DNA of 62,650 nt from the NCBI GenBank assembly GCA_949373255.1, contig CASICS010000002.1, positions 1-62,650 of the forward strand, read 5' to 3'. Below are positions 52,500-62,650 of this stretch, in pieces (within the stretch, counting starts at the first letter, position 1; every line of letters begins with the position of its first letter). The stretch is from an uncultured SAR86 cluster bacterium (lineage in GTDB: Bacteria > Pseudomonadota > Gammaproteobacteria > Magnimaribacterales > AG-339-G14). Under the pieces are notes generated by a model. It did not search any database and had not been told where the DNA came from. It saw nothing but the letters and a program-made list of their open reading frames with translations. The translations under genes and the position numbers were made by a program.

Positions 52500-53577
52500 A
52501 AATTTCTTTTTTTGGCCAGACTTTATAAACTGCTCTAATCAAAGTGGCAATTGGCACGGCTAATAATAAACCCCAAAAACCCCATATTCCTCCGAAGACA
52601 AGAATTGCTAAAATAATTAAAACAGGATGAAGGTTGACTTCGTTTCCCATCAAAACAGGAAAAAGAATATTTCCATCTAAAATTTGTATCACAAAGTAGC
52701 AAATAATAAATATTAAAAATTGGATATCTAAGCCCCATTGAAACAGGCCTATAGCGATTACAGGAATAGTCACTAAAATTGCTCCGAATAGTGGGATTAG
52801 TACAGAAAGACCAACTAAAATTCCTAATATTAAAGAATAATTAACTCCCAACATCCAAAAAACTATTGAGGTAACCGATCCGACAATGATCATCTCTAAT
52901 GCTTTTCCTCGGACATACCCAAATAATTGAGTATTTAAATCGGACCATATTTTAGATAATAAAACTCTCTTTTCCGGAAGAAAAAAAGTTAAATAGCCAA
53001 GCATTACCTTCTTATCCTTCAAAAAAAAGAAAACCAGTATCGGAATTAGAATAATATTTATTAATGCGCTCATAATCGTTGAAAAACCGGCGTTTAGCTG
53101 TTGTAAAAATTGCTCGGCTATAGAAGGAATAAATGACGCAGAGTTTGCAAAAATTTCTTCTATTTGCTCAGTTGTAAAATAATCAGGATACGTGGCTATG
53201 AGATCGTTAAATAAACTTTCAATAAAAGCGACAATTGCAGGTAATTCGTTCAATAAAGAGCCAATCTGACCAGAAATTAAAGGAAGAGTTAAAAATATTA
53301 AAGTGTAAGCAAAAATGAAAATTGAAAAGGTTAAATAAAAACATAGATTATTTTTTAACCCTTTATTCTTAAAAAAATTCATTAAGCCATTTAATAAATA
53401 CGCAATTAGAATTCCAATTAAAATAGGTGATATTGCTGAACCTAGAAAATATAAAGAAAGTCCTACAATAACAATAAGAAATAGAGCAGCAAATTGCTCC
53501 TCTTCATAAAAATAGCTTTTAAAAAAATTCTTTAAATAATCAAACATAATTGAACTTTGGCTCTTATAATGAATCAA
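52492..53577 (-). CDS. AI-2E / PerM family transporter (start may be 53547)
   Basis: LAYLL, FFFLKD, YVRGK, QILDGN..P, LHPV, GGIWGFWG. Confidence 0.9.
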   Translation of the reverse strand: MIHYKSQSSIMFDYLKNFFKSYFYEEEQFAALFLIVIVGLSLYFLGSAISPILIGILIAYLLNGLMNFFKNKGLKNNLCFYLTFSIFIFAYTLIFLTLPLISGQIGSLLNELPAIVAFIESLFNDLIATYPDYFTTEQIEEIFANSASFIPSIAEQFLQQLNAGFSTIMSALINIILIPILVFFFLKDKKVMLGYLTFFLPEKRVLLSKIWSDLNTQLFGYVRGKALEMIIVGSVTSIVFWMLGVNYSLILGILVGLSVLIPLFGAILVTIPVIAIGLFQWGLDIQFLIFIICYFVIQILDGNILFPVLMGNEVNLHPVLIILAILVFGGIWGFWGLLLAVPIATLIRAVYKVWPKKEISI

Positions 53578-53598
53578 AAATCATAAATAACATTTTAT

Positions 53599-55032
53599 AT
53601 GAAAAAACCTTTATTGTTTTTATTAATATATTCTTTCATCGGAACTTCATATTCCCAGTCAGTTGATAATATTCCCTCTCTTGGCGATGCTTCATCTGGT
53701 TCAATCTCTTTATCTGGAGAATATCAATTAGGTAGGCTTTGGCTGTCATTATTTAGATCATCTGTTGATGAATATGATGACCCTATTACAAAGTCTTATA
53801 TTCAAGATTTTATGTACAGGCTATCCGAAACTAGCGAAGTAAGAGATAGAAGATATGAATTTGTAACAATTGAAGATCCTTCAATTAATGCTTTTGCTGC
53901 GCCTGGAGGAATAATTGGAATTAATAAAGGCATGTTTTTAAAGACAGATAGTGAGGGAGAGTTTGCATCTGTAATGGCTCATGAATTAGCTCATTTAAGC
54001 CAACGGCACTATGCAAGATCCCAAAATCAATCTTCTCCTTTAGCCAATGCATTAATCCTTTTAGGTAGTGTTGCTGCTGCTGTTGCCTCTTCTAATCCGC
54101 AAGCAATCTATTTGGGGCCGGCATTAATTCAGCAATTATCAATAAACTTCACCAGAAGCAATGAAAAGGAAGCTGATCGCATAGGCTTTAATAATCTTGT
54201 AAAAGCTGGATTTGATCCAAGCTCTCAGTCAAAAATGTTTCAGAAGCTTCAAAAAAAGTATAGAGGGCTAAACGATGAAGCATATTCTTATTTAATGAGT
54301 CATCCTTTGCCCAAAGAAAGAGTTACTGATGCGCGAATCAGAGAAAGAAGTCTTCCAAAAAAAAATATCTATAAAGACTCTCTAGAATTCTATCTTGTGA
54401 AATCTAGAGCAGAAGTTAGTGAAGTTAAAGATTTAGAAGCTTTAAAAAATCAATATAAACAAAATATATCCAGATCCAAAAATAAAAATATTATTACCTC
54501 AAGTTCTTATGGCCTTTCGTTGGCTCTTAAAGAACAAAAACAATTTTCTGAAGCATTTGAAGTTGCCAGACAATTAGTTCAAAAAAATCCCTTTAACTTA
54601 ATTTTACAAACCAATATTTTAGAAATTCATCTAGCCTCTGAAAATTCTTTCGAGGCTGTTTCGTTAGGCGAAAATCTTCTTAGTATTAATACTGGCAACT
54701 ATGCAATTTCTTACTATCTAGCAAAAGCATACCTTCTAAACAATGAGCCAACTAAAGCAGAAAAAATACTCCTAAAAATGAGTGAAGATAATCCTGAAGA
54801 TCCGTCAATTTGGTATATTCTGGCAGAGGCTCAAGGTCTTTCTGGAAATATACTTGGACTTCACAGATCAAGAGCTGAATTTTTTATTCTTACCGGTAGA
54901 TATGATGCTGCTGTATTCCAATTAAGAGAGGCCTTAAAATTATCTCAAAATTTTTTTGAGATCAGAGAAAGCATTATTAGCAAATTAGAAGATATTTTTG
55001 AAACTAAAAGAGCGCTCAAAAATACCCCTTAA
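53599..55032 (+). CDS. bepA: M48 metalloprotease with TPRs, BepA/YfgC
   Basis: INAFAAPGG, HELAH, EKEAD, YLMSHP. Confidence 0.9.
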   Translation: MKKPLLFLLIYSFIGTSYSQSVDNIPSLGDASSGSISLSGEYQLGRLWLSLFRSSVDEYDDPITKSYIQDFMYRLSETSEVRDRRYEFVTIEDPSINAFAAPGGIIGINKGMFLKTDSEGEFASVMAHELAHLSQRHYARSQNQSSPLANALILLGSVAAAVASSNPQAIYLGPALIQQLSINFTRSNEKEADRIGFNNLVKAGFDPSSQSKMFQKLQKKYRGLNDEAYSYLMSHPLPKERVTDARIRERSLPKKNIYKDSLEFYLVKSRAEVSEVKDLEALKNQYKQNISRSKNKNIITSSSYGLSLALKEQKQFSEAFEVARQLVQKNPFNLILQTNILEIHLASENSFEAVSLGENLLSINTGNYAISYYLAKAYLLNNEPTKAEKILLKMSEDNPEDPSIWYILAEAQGLSGNILGLHRSRAEFFILTGRYDAAVFQLREALKLSQNFFEIRESIISKLEDIFETKRALKNTP

Positions 55033-55370
55033 GAAGTGATAGAAAGTTTTTTACCTGAAAGAATGTGCAGGTGGAGATGGGGAACTGTCATCCCAGCTTT
55101 TTCCCCATTATTTATAATCACATTAAAAGAATCTTCTATTCCAAGCAATCTAGAAACATCTCCTACTTTAAGCAATAGGTGTCCTAATAAATCTTGATGC
55201 TCTTTAGCGGAATCAGATATTTTATTAATTAAAATTTTAGGTATTAATAAAACGTGTATTGGTGCAGCTGGCGCAATATCTTCAATAGCAATACAAAACT
55301 CATCTTCATAAATAATTTTTGAAGGAATTTCTTTATCAATTATTTTTTGAAAAATTGTTTTATCTGTCAT
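55029..55370 (-). CDS. HIT family nucleotide hydrolase (HinT-like)
   Basis: TIFQKII, HLHLH. Confidence 0.92.
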   Translation of the reverse strand: MTDKTIFQKIIDKEIPSKIIYEDEFCIAIEDIAPAAPIHVLLIPKILINKISDSAKEHQDLLGHLLLKVGDVSRLLGIEDSFNVIINNGEKAGMTVPHLHLHILSGKKLSITS

Positions 55371-55723
55371 TTAAAAAATCTATACCCCATGTAAGTAAAA
55401 GTTAAACACAACATAACAGTTAAAAAGACGTATAAAAAAGAAATTAATAGACTTTCTTGATTGAAAAAAACTAACGCTTCTTTAGTAAATGCAGAAAATG
55501 TAGTGAAAGAACCTAAAAAGCCAATTATGAAGAAGTATTTTGCTAATGAGGATGAAGTTTCATCTTGATTAGCTACAAAAATTCCTATCAAAAAACACCC
55601 TATAATATTCACGAAAAGCGTGCCTATAGGAAATCCTATTGAAGTATGTGACAAAAAGGATGAGGCAAGATAGCGAGAAATTGCTCCCAGACCTCCTCCT
55701 AAACCTATCATTAAATAAATCAT
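55367..55723 (-). CDS. crcB: Fluoride efflux channel
   Basis: GGGLGAISRY, GTLFVN, GFLGSFTTFS. Confidence 0.93.
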   Translation of the reverse strand: MIYLMIGLGGGLGAISRYLASSFLSHTSIGFPIGTLFVNIIGCFLIGIFVANQDETSSSLAKYFFIIGFLGSFTTFSAFTKEALVFFNQESLLISFLYVFLTVMLCLTFTYMGYRFFK

Positions 55724-55730
55724 TTGTAAT

Positions 55731-55806
55731 TGGTGGGTCGTATAGGATTCGAACCTATGACCAATTGATTAAAAGCCAACTGCTCTACCAACTGAGCTAA
55801 CGACCC
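55731..55806 (-). tRNA. tRNA-Lys (anticodon TTT)
   Basis: GGGTCGTTAGCTCAGTTGGTAGAGCAGTTGGCTTTTAATCAATTGGTCATAGGTTCGAATCCTATACGACCCACCA, 76 nt with encoded CCA; TATAAT upstream at 55816-55821. Confidence 0.97.
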
Positions 55807-55826
55807 AAAAAAATGATTATAACAAA

Positions 55827-56528
55827 TCAGTTGTTAATTTTAAGCAATTCTTGTTCAGATAGAACTGCCGCTCCTGATTTTGGGTAATTAAGTATCACTC
55901 GATCAAAAAAAGCAATAGCTTGATCTATATTTTCTATCTTTATAGAAATTAAGCCTAGTTTAAAAAGTGAAACGGGAACTCTTTCATGATTTGGAAAATT
56001 AGCAATTAAAGATTGATAAGTTTCTGATGCATCTTCATACATCTCTTGTAGATAATAAATTTCGCCAAGCCAAAAATAAGAGTCTGTTACGTAAGAACCT
56101 TCTGGATAAGAAAGTATCAATAATCTTAAATTTTCAGAGGCCTCTGAATATCTTGAATTATCAATTAATTTAATAGTGTTAGACCACAAATCAAATTCTT
56201 CTTGCTCTCCATCCTTTTCGATAAGCTCTGCTAAAGGATTATTTGAAACTTCTTGCTCTTTTTCTTCTATTTCATCTTCAGTAGAAATTAAAATTATTGC
56301 TTCCAATTCGTGAATTCTTTTATCTAGATCTACATATCTTGCTTGATTAGATTCATCAAGCTTAGAAATTTCAAAAGAATTAGAGTCTATTATATTAGCC
56401 AATCTAGCTAATTCATTTTCGAGGTTTTCTAATTTTTCTATAATTAAATCTAATGATTCGTTATTAGATTGAGCATAAAAAATATTAGGTATTGTGAGAA
56501 AAATTAATAAAAGAAATGTTTTTTTCAT
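55827..56528 (-). CDS. cpoB: Tol-Pal system protein CpoB/YbgF
   Basis: Signal peptide, coiled coil (RYVDLDKRI), TPR YFWLGE; position after pal. Confidence 0.88.
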   Translation of the reverse strand: MKKTFLLLIFLTIPNIFYAQSNNESLDLIIEKLENLENELARLANIIDSNSFEISKLDESNQARYVDLDKRIHELEAIILISTEDEIEEKEQEVSNNPLAELIEKDGEQEEFDLWSNTIKLIDNSRYSEASENLRLLILSYPEGSYVTDSYFWLGEIYYLQEMYEDASETYQSLIANFPNHERVPVSLFKLGLISIKIENIDQAIAFFDRVILNYPKSGAAVLSEQELLKINN

Positions 56529-56532
56529 TTAG

Positions 56533-56997
56533 TTAAAAGAGAGATATCTCCACTCGTCTATTTTCTTTCCAAGAAGACTCGTCTGACCCGAGTTCTATTG
56601 GCTTTTCTTCTCCATAACTAATCACTTTAATTTTAGAGGAAGATACGCCTTTGATAATAAGATAGTTCTTAACTTCAATTGCTCTTTTTTCTCCAAGAGC
56701 TAAGTTATACTCTCTAGTTCCTCTCTCGTCGCAATGACCTTCTAATCTTATTGCTTTGGCATTTTTTGCAAAATCAATATATTCAGAAATTAACTCTTTT
56801 GAGCTGTCTGTTAGAGATGCTTTGTCGAAATTAAAATAAATCTTGTCTGATAAATTTATATCTAATTTTTCTGCGGAAACGTAAACATCGCTTTCTGCAG
56901 AGGCATAATCTGAAGAGGTTACTTTATCTGAAACTGTGGTGGTGCAACTTATTACAAAAAAAGTTGCGAAAATTAATGCTGCGTATTGATTTTTCAT
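56533..56997 (-). CDS. pal: Peptidoglycan-associated lipoprotein
   Basis: Lipobox VISC; IYFNFD, EGHCDERGTREYNLALG, NRRVE. Confidence 0.95.
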   Translation of the reverse strand: MKNQYAALIFATFFVISCTTTVSDKVTSSDYASAESDVYVSAEKLDINLSDKIYFNFDKASLTDSSKELISEYIDFAKNAKAIRLEGHCDERGTREYNLALGEKRAIEVKNYLIIKGVSSSKIKVISYGEEKPIELGSDESSWKENRRVEISLF

Positions 56998-57063
56998 TTA
57001 AAAACTCCTTAGAAAATGATTATAAATTAAAACTACCTAAAGGTTAGACAATTGAGTATCTTT

Positions 57064-58332
57064 TTAGTTCGCTAAGGGTGACCAAGCGGGTTCTCTCACA
57101 GATCCCTCCTGCACAGGTAAAGTGAATTTTGACTTACCGTTTAATGTGAGACCCGCTAAAAAACCTTGTGTCTTTTTCTTCGTTGCATAAATGATAATAT
57201 TTCCATTTGGCGAAATAGTTGGGGATTCATCTAATGATGTTTTTGATATTGAATTTATGAATCTACTTTTTAAATTTTTTGTAGCAATATGAAAGACCCC
57301 ATCATTACCGTGAACTAAAACAATATCTTTACCATTTGGAAAGTATCTTGCTCTTGCATTGTAATCTCCATCTAAAGTTACTCTTTTAATTCTTCCAGTC
57401 GAAACAATCAGCTCGTAAATCTGAGGTGATCCAGATCGATTGGAGGTAAATAAAAGTTTTTTACTATTTGGAGACCAAGCTGGCTCAGTATCAATTCCAT
57501 AATGTCTGGTTAAACGCGATATTTTTTTATTGCGCAGGTTATAAAGATAAATATCTGGATTTCCTGACATAGACATTACAAATGCAATATATTTTGAATC
57601 AGGTGACCATACTGGTGCGCTATTGCTCATTCCCAGTGTATCGATTGAAGATCTATTCCCTGTAAGCAGGTCCTGAATATAAATTTCTGGGTACCCCCTC
57701 TCAAAAGAAACATAGGCTAATTTTTTTCTGTCTGCAGACCATGATGGAGACATTAATGGAGATAAAGATTTAAATAATAACTGTTCGTTACTTCCGTCAA
57801 TATCAGAGATATAAATTTTATAAGAGTTTTTATTAGGATTTAAAATATAAGCTAGTTTCGTATTAAAGACGCCATCTAATCCAGTAATGCTTTGATAAGC
57901 TCTGTTACTTATAATCTTAGATATTTGCTCTAATTCATTAAGATTTCCAGAAATATCTCCTTTCAAAATAATTTTTTTTAATCCAATGTCAAACACTAAG
58001 TAATTGATATCTAAGTTGGTTAAATCAGTATTATCGACCCTTCCAATAACAACATAATCAACCTCTAAAAGCCGCCAATCTCTGTAAAAGAAATTTTCTT
58101 CAGAATTAGGATAAGACAACATTTCAGTTTTCTTAATTGAATTAAATTCTCCAAATAATGTCATGTTAGCCTCAACGAGACTTGAGATAGTTTCTCTGCC
58201 AGATAAAATTTCATTTTGAAATGGAACTATTGCTATTTTAGGTAATGTCTCTGATCCTTGAGTAATTTCTATTTTTAATTTTGATTCTGATAGTGGAGAC
58301 AGGATTAAGAAAAATAAAAAAAGTATTCTCAA
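57064..58332 (-). CDS. tolB: Tol-Pal beta-propeller protein TolB
   Basis: PD40 repeats (SPSWS, EPAWSP), LAYVSFE. Confidence 0.95.
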   Translation of the reverse strand: MRILFLFFLILSPLSESKLKIEITQGSETLPKIAIVPFQNEILSGRETISSLVEANMTLFGEFNSIKKTEMLSYPNSEENFFYRDWRLLEVDYVVIGRVDNTDLTNLDINYLVFDIGLKKIILKGDISGNLNELEQISKIISNRAYQSITGLDGVFNTKLAYILNPNKNSYKIYISDIDGSNEQLLFKSLSPLMSPSWSADRKKLAYVSFERGYPEIYIQDLLTGNRSSIDTLGMSNSAPVWSPDSKYIAFVMSMSGNPDIYLYNLRNKKISRLTRHYGIDTEPAWSPNSKKLLFTSNRSGSPQIYELIVSTGRIKRVTLDGDYNARARYFPNGKDIVLVHGNDGVFHIATKNLKSRFINSISKTSLDESPTISPNGNIIIYATKKKTQGFLAGLTLNGKSKFTLPVQEGSVREPAWSPLAN

Positions 58333-58333
58333 T

Positions 58334-58939
58334 TTAATTACCCATCGATTTAAAAACTAAATTAAAAGAGCGAAAATTTTTCTCGAAATATCTTCTATCT
58401 AAATTAATTACTTCTGGAAGGAATGATATGTTGGATATAGCTGCTAGCGCCGAATCATCAAAAACTTTATTTTTACTAGAATTTAATAATTTGAAACTTA
58501 AGATTTCTCCGGATGGTGCCAAATTAATTGTAATTTCTACTTGAATATCTTGATTAATCAGTGGGGGTTTTTTCCAAACTGAATTAATTCTTTTTTGTAT
58601 TAGATTTATTCTTAATTGAACTTCCTTGTTTTCTTTTGACAAATTAGAAGCAGTTATATCAGCATTTAAATTTTCTTGAGCAAAAATATCTAATTCCGGC
58701 TTATTTAAAATCTCATTAACTTCCAAGAGAGATTGAACCGTTGGTTCTAATTTTTTGATAGCCTTTTGAGGCATCGAAGTAATTGTTTTAATTTCTTCTG
58801 GGAGCGAAATAAATTTAATTGGAACCGAAGAAAAATTTTCTTTTTTATTACTTTTTAAAGTTAAGTCTATAGTCAAGAATAAAAAAAGTAAGGTATGAAT
58901 TACTATTGAACTTACAAACCCGATGGAGAAATTAGTCAT
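58334..58939 (-). CDS. tolA: Short TolA
   Basis: N-terminal TM with SxxxH, C-terminal TonB-like domain (SS.N..FD.SA); position between tolR and tolB. Confidence 0.8.
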   Translation of the reverse strand: MTNFSIGFVSSIVIHTLLFLFLTIDLTLKSNKKENFSSVPIKFISLPEEIKTITSMPQKAIKKLEPTVQSLLEVNEILNKPELDIFAQENLNADITASNLSKENKEVQLRINLIQKRINSVWKKPPLINQDIQVEITINLAPSGEILSFKLLNSSKNKVFDDSALAAISNISFLPEVINLDRRYFEKNFRSFNLVFKSMGN

Positions 58940-59357
58940 TATTAACCGGCTCAGTTATAAAATTGATCGATCCAGGTTTCATGTCTTGCAGCTTTGACAT
59001 TAATTTAGCAACTTCTCCAAACCTAACTTCTTTATCAGCTCTCAAGTAAATCTCTATTGAAGAATTATTAGAAAGAATTTTTTTTAGTTCTATCTCTAGT
59101 TCGCTAATAGACAATCCTTTATTTTTAAAAGATTCAAATTCTAAAAAAAATTTACCACTTGAATTGATTGAAATTGTTAAGCTATCTGAAGAAGCTCTTT
59201 CTATTGGCTGTGAATCTACCTTCGGTAAATCTACATTAATTCCTTGAATCATAAAAGGAGCTGTAACCATGAAAATTACTAAAAGAACGAGCATTACATC
59301 TACATAAGGAATTACATTTATTTCAGTTAAAAGTCTTCTTTTCTTTGATGATTGCAT
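58932..59357 (-). CDS. tolR: TolR
   Basis: EINVIPYVDVMLVLLVIFMVTAP. Confidence 0.95.
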   Translation of the reverse strand: MQSSKKRRLLTEINVIPYVDVMLVLLVIFMVTAPFMIQGINVDLPKVDSQPIERASSDSLTISINSSGKFFLEFESFKNKGLSISELEIELKKILSNNSSIEIYLRADKEVRFGEVAKLMSKLQDMKPGSINFITEPVNND

Positions 59358-59363
59358 AAGCTC

Positions 59364-60005
59364 TTATCTATTCTTTCTAGAGAGGAGTATTAAAAGTTCG
59401 TCTGAAAAATTGGAATAATTTTTTAAAATTTTATCAATTCTAGAGATGCTCCAGTTATAGGAGATCAAAGCAGGAATTGCGGTGAATAATCCTAATGCAG
59501 TTGCGACAAGAGCTTCAGAAATACCTGGGGCTACAACGGTAATAGAAACCTGTGTTAATTGAGCCAGACCTCCAAAAGCGTTCATTATTCCCCACACAGT
59601 CCCAAAAAGACCAACATAAGGACTTACTGATGCAACTGTTGAAAGAAATGCCAATCTTTTTTCAAGATCGTCCTCATGACGAGATGCAACTATATCCATA
59701 ACTTTTTTTACATCAAAGGTGGAGTCGCTTTTATTGTATTCTTCATATCCAACATAAAAGATTTGTTCTAATCCAATTTTTTTTGATTTTTTTGAAATAT
59801 CTAAAAAAAGATCATCAATATTTCTTTTTGACCAAAAGAAACTTTCAAAGTTGAAAATATCTTTTTCAACTCTAGATAAGGTTATCCAACGATCAAAGAT
59901 AAACCACCAAGATGTAATAGAGGTGCCTATTAAAATAATCATGACCATTTGAACGACAAAGCTGGCCTCGATAAATAAAGATATTAGGTCTAATTCATAT
60001 GACAT
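59364..60005 (-). CDS. tolQ: TolQ
   Basis: SPYVGLFGTVWGIM, VAPGISEALVATALGL. Confidence 0.95.
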   Translation of the reverse strand: MSYELDLISLFIEASFVVQMVMIILIGTSITSWWFIFDRWITLSRVEKDIFNFESFFWSKRNIDDLFLDISKKSKKIGLEQIFYVGYEEYNKSDSTFDVKKVMDIVASRHEDDLEKRLAFLSTVASVSPYVGLFGTVWGIMNAFGGLAQLTQVSITVVAPGISEALVATALGLFTAIPALISYNWSISRIDKILKNYSNFSDELLILLSRKNR

Positions 60006-60406
60006 TAATTAATCTCCTTTAGCATTTTTTGTTGAAATTGACTTGGCAATAATTCAGGTTTTTTTGTTTCCGCATTAATTGAACAGCAAAAGACTTCGGC
60101 TTTACATACTATAAGGCCTGATTCATTGTAAATTGTTTGTAAAAAATCAAAACTTAATTTTTTTACCTTAATTAATTTTGTTTCTATTCTTATTGTTTCA
60201 TCTAACGAAACAGGTAAAAGATAATCAATTTTTACCTTGCGGACCATAAAGATTAGGCCTGATTCTAATAATTCATTTTGTTTATAGCCAAGGGTTCTTA
60301 GGTATTCTGTTCTCGCTCTTTCTATAAACTTCAAGTAGTTAGCGTAGTAAATTACTCCCTGCGCATCTGTATCTTCGTAATAAACTCTTGTGCTGAACTT
60401 ATGCAT
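60005..60406 (-). CDS. ybgC: Tol-Pal-associated acyl-CoA thioesterase
   Basis: RVYYEDTDAQGVIYYANYLKF.ERARTE. Confidence 0.93.
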   Translation of the reverse strand: MHKFSTRVYYEDTDAQGVIYYANYLKFIERARTEYLRTLGYKQNELLESGLIFMVRKVKIDYLLPVSLDETIRIETKLIKVKKLSFDFLQTIYNESGLIVCKAEVFCCSINAETKKPELLPSQFQQKMLKEIN

Positions 60407-60446
60407 TTAAATAATAGAGCTTTAATTAGAATCTATATCAGAGCAA

Positions 60447-61883
60447 TCAAGGCCTTCTAATAACTAAGTTTCTAATTTCGGTCATATCCTCTATTGCAAA
60501 CTTTACACCTTCTCTACCTATGCCGGAATCTTTTACTCCGCCATATGGCATATTATCAACTCGATAACTAGGAACATCTCCAATAACTACTCCTCCTACA
60601 TCCAAAACATCCCAAGCTTTAAACATCTTATAAAGGTCTCTAGTGAAGATTCCGGCTTGAAGTCCAAATTTAGAATTATTTACCTCTTTAAGGGCTTTAT
60701 CAAAATCATCAAAACTGGATAAAATTGCTACCGGACCAAATGCTTCTTCTTTATAAAGATCTAGATTTTCATCTACATTTTCAATAAGAGTTGCTTCCAA
60801 CATAGAACCGTTTCTATTTCCTCCACATAAAATATTTGCCCCGTTGTCTTTTGCATTCAAAATCCATGATTCTAGTCTTTTGGCTTCTGACTCAGCAATC
60901 ATTGGGCCAATAAATGTTGTTTCATTTTTTGGATCACCAGAAACTAAATTTTTAGTCCTCTCAATAAGCATATTTTTAAATTTGTCGTATATCTCTTCAT
61001 GGATAATAATCCTTTGAACACCAATACATGATTGGCCAGATTGATAAAAAGCTCCAAAGATTACTCTCTCTAAAGCATCATCAAGATCAGAATCGTTATC
61101 TATTATTACGGCGGCATTTCCACCAAGCTCTAAAACAACTTTTTTCTTTCCTGCTTTGGCTTTTAATTCCCAGCCTACTTCCGGCGAGCCGGTAAATGAT
61201 AATAATTTCAGCCTATCATCAGTAGTGAATAGATCAGAACCGTCTCTAGAAGCCGGAAGAATAGAAAATGCACCTATTGGTAAATTAGTTTCAGCCAGAA
61301 TCTCACCAATAATGATTGCGCCTAAAGGGGTTCGTGAAGCTGGTTTCATTACGAAAGGACATCCTGCTGCTATAGCAGGAGCTATTTTATGTGCAGCTAG
61401 ATTTAAGGGGAAATTAAATGGAGATATAAAAGAACAAGCTCCGATTGGAACTCTTTTCCACATCCCTTGATAACCCTTAGCTCTTGCAGAAATATCTAAT
61501 GGTTGTACTTCACCATAAATTCTAGTTGATTCTTCTGCTGCAATTCTAAAAGTATCAATCAATCTTGAAACTTCTCCCCTAGAATCTTTAATTGGTTTAC
61601 CTGCTTCAATACATAATGCATATGATATTTCTTCAAATCTTTCTTGAAATCTGTTAACACAGTGCATCAAAATTTCTTGCCTCTCAAAGGAAGCTAAATT
61701 AGCCATTGGTTGGACTGCTTTATCTGCAGCATCTATTGCAGCATCAATAATTTTTGTATCGGCTAGAGCTACAGAGGTTGCAACTTCTCCTGTAAATTTG
61801 TCAAAAACTTTTAAGTCTTCATTAGGTTGCATTGCTTTGTTTGCAAGATACAAAGGATACTTATTTTTTAAATTCAAACTCAC
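60447..61883 (-). CDS. NAD(P)-dependent aldehyde dehydrogenase
   Basis: PFNFP, FTGS, LELGG, GQSC, EEAFGP. Confidence 0.95.
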   Translation of the reverse strand: MSLNLKNKYPLYLANKAMQPNEDLKVFDKFTGEVATSVALADTKIIDAAIDAADKAVQPMANLASFERQEILMHCVNRFQERFEEISYALCIEAGKPIKDSRGEVSRLIDTFRIAAEESTRIYGEVQPLDISARAKGYQGMWKRVPIGACSFISPFNFPLNLAAHKIAPAIAAGCPFVMKPASRTPLGAIIIGEILAETNLPIGAFSILPASRDGSDLFTTDDRLKLLSFTGSPEVGWELKAKAGKKKVVLELGGNAAVIIDNDSDLDDALERVIFGAFYQSGQSCIGVQRIIIHEEIYDKFKNMLIERTKNLVSGDPKNETTFIGPMIAESEAKRLESWILNAKDNGANILCGGNRNGSMLEATLIENVDENLDLYKEEAFGPVAILSSFDDFDKALKEVNNSKFGLQAGIFTRDLYKMFKAWDVLDVGGVVIGDVPSYRVDNMPYGGVKDSGIGREGVKFAIEDMTEIRNLVIRRP

Positions 61884-61906
61884 TCAAAACCTTCCATTAA
61901 ATTTAA

Positions 61907-62650
61907 TTATAGATTGGAACTTAGTTCTTTAATTTCTTTATTCAAAATTTTATCATTTTCACTATAGTCAGCAGGACAATCTATGACATGCACTCCAGGA
62001 GAATCAAGACAGGTTTCAATTATTGTAGAAAGACTTTCTGAATTTTCAACTCTATAGCCTTTTGCTCCGTATGCTTCGGCATACTTAACGAAATCTGGGT
62101 TGTTAAATGAAAGACCAAAATCTTCAAATCCCATGTTTTCCTGTTTCCATTTAACCATTCCGTAACCAGAATCATTAATAATCAATACTGTTAAGTTAAG
62201 ATTTAATCTGACGGCGGTTTCTAATTCCTGACTATTCATCATAAATCCTCCATCACCACAAATAGCCATAACTTTTTTTTTCAGGAAAGACCATAGAAGC
62301 AGCCATTGCCGATGGAAGTCCTGCGCCCATGCTTGCAAGAGCATTATCTAAAAGAACGGTATTAGGTATTTTTGCATTGTAGTTTCTTGCAAACCATATT
62401 TTATATACGCCATTATCTAAAGCAATAATTCCATCTGATGGCATTGCTTTCCTTACAACCCTTACAAGGTAAGGAGGAAAGATAGGAAATCTTTTATCAT
62501 CTCTAATATTTTTTGTATGCTCTACTTCAGCTTTTCTAGCCGAGAGCATTGCTGAAAAGTCCCAATTTTTATTAGGTTCTAGCGATTGTTTAATTTGCCA
62601 AACTGCATTTGCAATATCGCCGATAATTTCAATTTGAGGAAAATAAACTG
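61907..62650 (-). CDS. Acetolactate synthase large subunit-like TPP enzyme, 3' part only, with an apparent +1 frameshift in an A9 run
   Basis: VYFPQIEIIGDIANAVWQ..DNGVYKIWFARNY..DNALASMGAGLP joins GDGGFMMNSQE..ND in the next frame at 62273-62281. Confidence 0.85.

Noticed and set aside
55724-55830. tRNA-Lys as an island integration site
   Set aside because: It is flanked by housekeeping genes, and I saw no duplicated tRNA-Lys 3' end or integrase in the window.
815-61470. Numerous 60-110 aa ORFs overlapping annotated genes (e.g. 815-1027, 17255-17578, 39540-39851, 44470-44676, 61156-61470)
   Set aside because: Antisense or alternate-frame shadows of well-supported genes with no recognisable motifs.
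61907-62549. Two separate ORFs (145 aa and 98 aa)
   Set aside because: They are two frames of one frameshifted acetolactate-synthase-like gene.

Overview
AT-rich, very gene-dense bacterial chromosome segment. Gene order (guaBA; sdhCDAB-sucCD; iscSUA-fdx-iscX-ndk-rodZ-ispG-hisS-yfgM-bamB-der; dapA-bamC-purC; ybgC-tolQRAB-pal-cpoB-tRNA-Lys) is gammaproteobacterial with many gene losses. That fits a streamlined marine lineage such as SAR86, but this is inference and has not been checked. Positions ~1-14047 are an accessory region downstream of guaA (GSTs, amidohydrolases, Pif1-like helicase, methyltransferase). The most notable signals are: (1) two extra copies of the guaA 3' end, each attached to a conserved ~85-90 bp module with TGTGTAAC repeats, delimiting two integrase-less cargo units of ~1.1-1.25 kb, with the newest cargo gene starting 1 nt after the guaA stop; (2) an integrase-arm-like (DUF6538-like) domain fused to a GltD/ferredoxin oxidoreductase that heads a 2-oxoacid oxidoreductase operon, divergent from an isc operon lacking iscR, while sucAB is missing from the sdh-suc operon; (3) a structured candidate sRNA upstream of phrB; (4) repeated -10-box/N6-7/ATG leaderless starts. 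Two genes carry single-base frameshifts. All annotations come from motif recognition by eye; no searches were run.
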